Shown one piece after another: positions 50,301 to 51,155 of a DNA stretch of 51,155 bases. Both the position numbers and the translations under genes were made by a program. A model generated the notes under the pieces. It saw nothing but the letters and a program-made list of their open reading frames with translations, ran no database searches and was not told where the DNA came from. How positions within the stretch are numbered: the first letter of the stretch is position 1; each line of letters opens with the position of its first letter. Where the stretch lies: assembly GCA_051942245.1 (NCBI GenBank), contig JAVECL010000111.1, positions 1 through 51,155 of the forward strand, in the 5' to 3' direction. This DNA is from Trypethelium eluteriae. Taxonomy: Eukaryota.

Positions 50301-51020
50301 AAGAACTGGATTGATGAAAGAGGATGCGTTCAGGTTCCTGCTTCTGGTCCCTTTGAACTCCCAGTAAGCACTCAACTGAAGTATAGCGGCGTTTCGAGAC
50401 CTACAATTTTGTCGCAGAGTAGATCTGAGTTGAAAGGTAGGCAAGCCATCCAGAAACGGGCTACAGAGTTTGACGAAACGCTCGTCAAATAAGAGTGAGT
50501 CGATAGACGACCAAACGAGCGAAGAGTCTATAGAATCCAAGATCCTAATCGTCTGATCAAACAAAACATGATACTGGAAACGCGGAGCAACAGAGACGTT
50601 CCGGCAATCTGCGTCAGAGATGGCAGAAAGGTCCGTATACACACGTGGCGAGAACTCCATGGGACCAGAAAAGCTAGAGGAAGCTCCATCATGACTCGGA
50701 GGTGGTGTTATAACTGAGACACCTGACGGCAGTGGCAAGTTCCCTATATGGCTCGTTAATCCTCAATGTAGCTATGGCAAGTTAATTGTAGTAGAGCGTT
50801 AGTCATGGATCACTACCTGTAGTCTGGTGTCTCTTCAAGTTTCTCGCGATTTCCTTCTTTACCCTCTTATCTGGAATGGGGTTACCATTCCACTTGACCA
50901 TGCTCATCCGATCATGCCGAGCAATGATGTGTTGGTGGATGGCGATCCAGTCTCGGGCCTTCATGTTTTTTGTTAATCCTAATTCTTCTCTCAACTTTGT
51001 TTCATACGTCGAAAGTTGAT
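47331..51020 (-). CDS. Clr5-domain plus ankyrin-repeat protein; 5' end missing or disrupted
   Basis: Partial Clr5-like segment 'YETKLREELGLTKNMKARDW...IPDKRVKKEIAR', intron 50816-50743, then a 1135-aa ORF with many ankyrin repeats (TPLRAA, TPLQLA, LLENGADPN, LLDHGADVN). Confidence 0.8.
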
Positions 51021-51150
51021 GTTGTTCATGAAGTAGATCCAATCAACATAGCCTCGGAGGTGGTGTTTACCACATCTCACGCGCGCTCGGATCCCTTCAT
51101 GTAGATCCTTACGCCCTGTAGTTATTAGTTCATTTTCCTTCGCCCTCACC
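51017..51150. repeat. Right copy of the ~130-bp direct repeat
   Basis: Matches 46218-46347 and abuts the Clr5-like coding sequence. Confidence 0.9.
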
Positions 51151-51155
51151 CAGAT

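Noticed and set aside
11800..51155. Starship-type giant transposon as explanation for the accessory region
   Set aside because: The cargo is suggestive (NACHT, ankyrin, gene cluster), but no tyrosine-recombinase captain or defined boundary is visible in the window.
1..51155. CRISPR arrays, rRNA genes, intact transposases
   Set aside because: None seen; the sequence is eukaryotic and the only rRNA-like match is the short snoRNA guide.

Overview
Fungal (filamentous ascomycete) nuclear genomic DNA with short GT-AG introns. Bases 1-10.9 kb are a conserved core block, all on the minus strand: mitoribosomal mS45/Bot1-like gene with a probable intronic C/D snoRNA, Whi3-like RRM protein, Npr/Hal-family kinase and a membrane-anchored spermidine-synthase-like methyltransferase. 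From about 11.8 kb the window is an accessory, partly decaying region. It holds two adjacent foldback hairpins, a signal-peptide-less trypsin-like protease, an SDR, and a small sesquiterpene cluster (aristolochene-synthase-like cyclase, Zn2Cys6 regulator, one intact and one dead P450). Further along are a hAT-type MITE, a NACHT/NLR-like gene and a GPI cell-wall gene that each carry an in-frame TAG, a small glycine-rich gene, and a Clr5-ankyrin gene between direct repeats. The most striking item is an otherwise perfect initiator tRNA-Met gene (36917-37040) interrupted after tRNA position 26 by a 52-nt insert with all spliceosomal intron signals (GTAAGT, TACTAAT, GCAG). All calls were made by eye; family names are recognitions from motifs, not search results.
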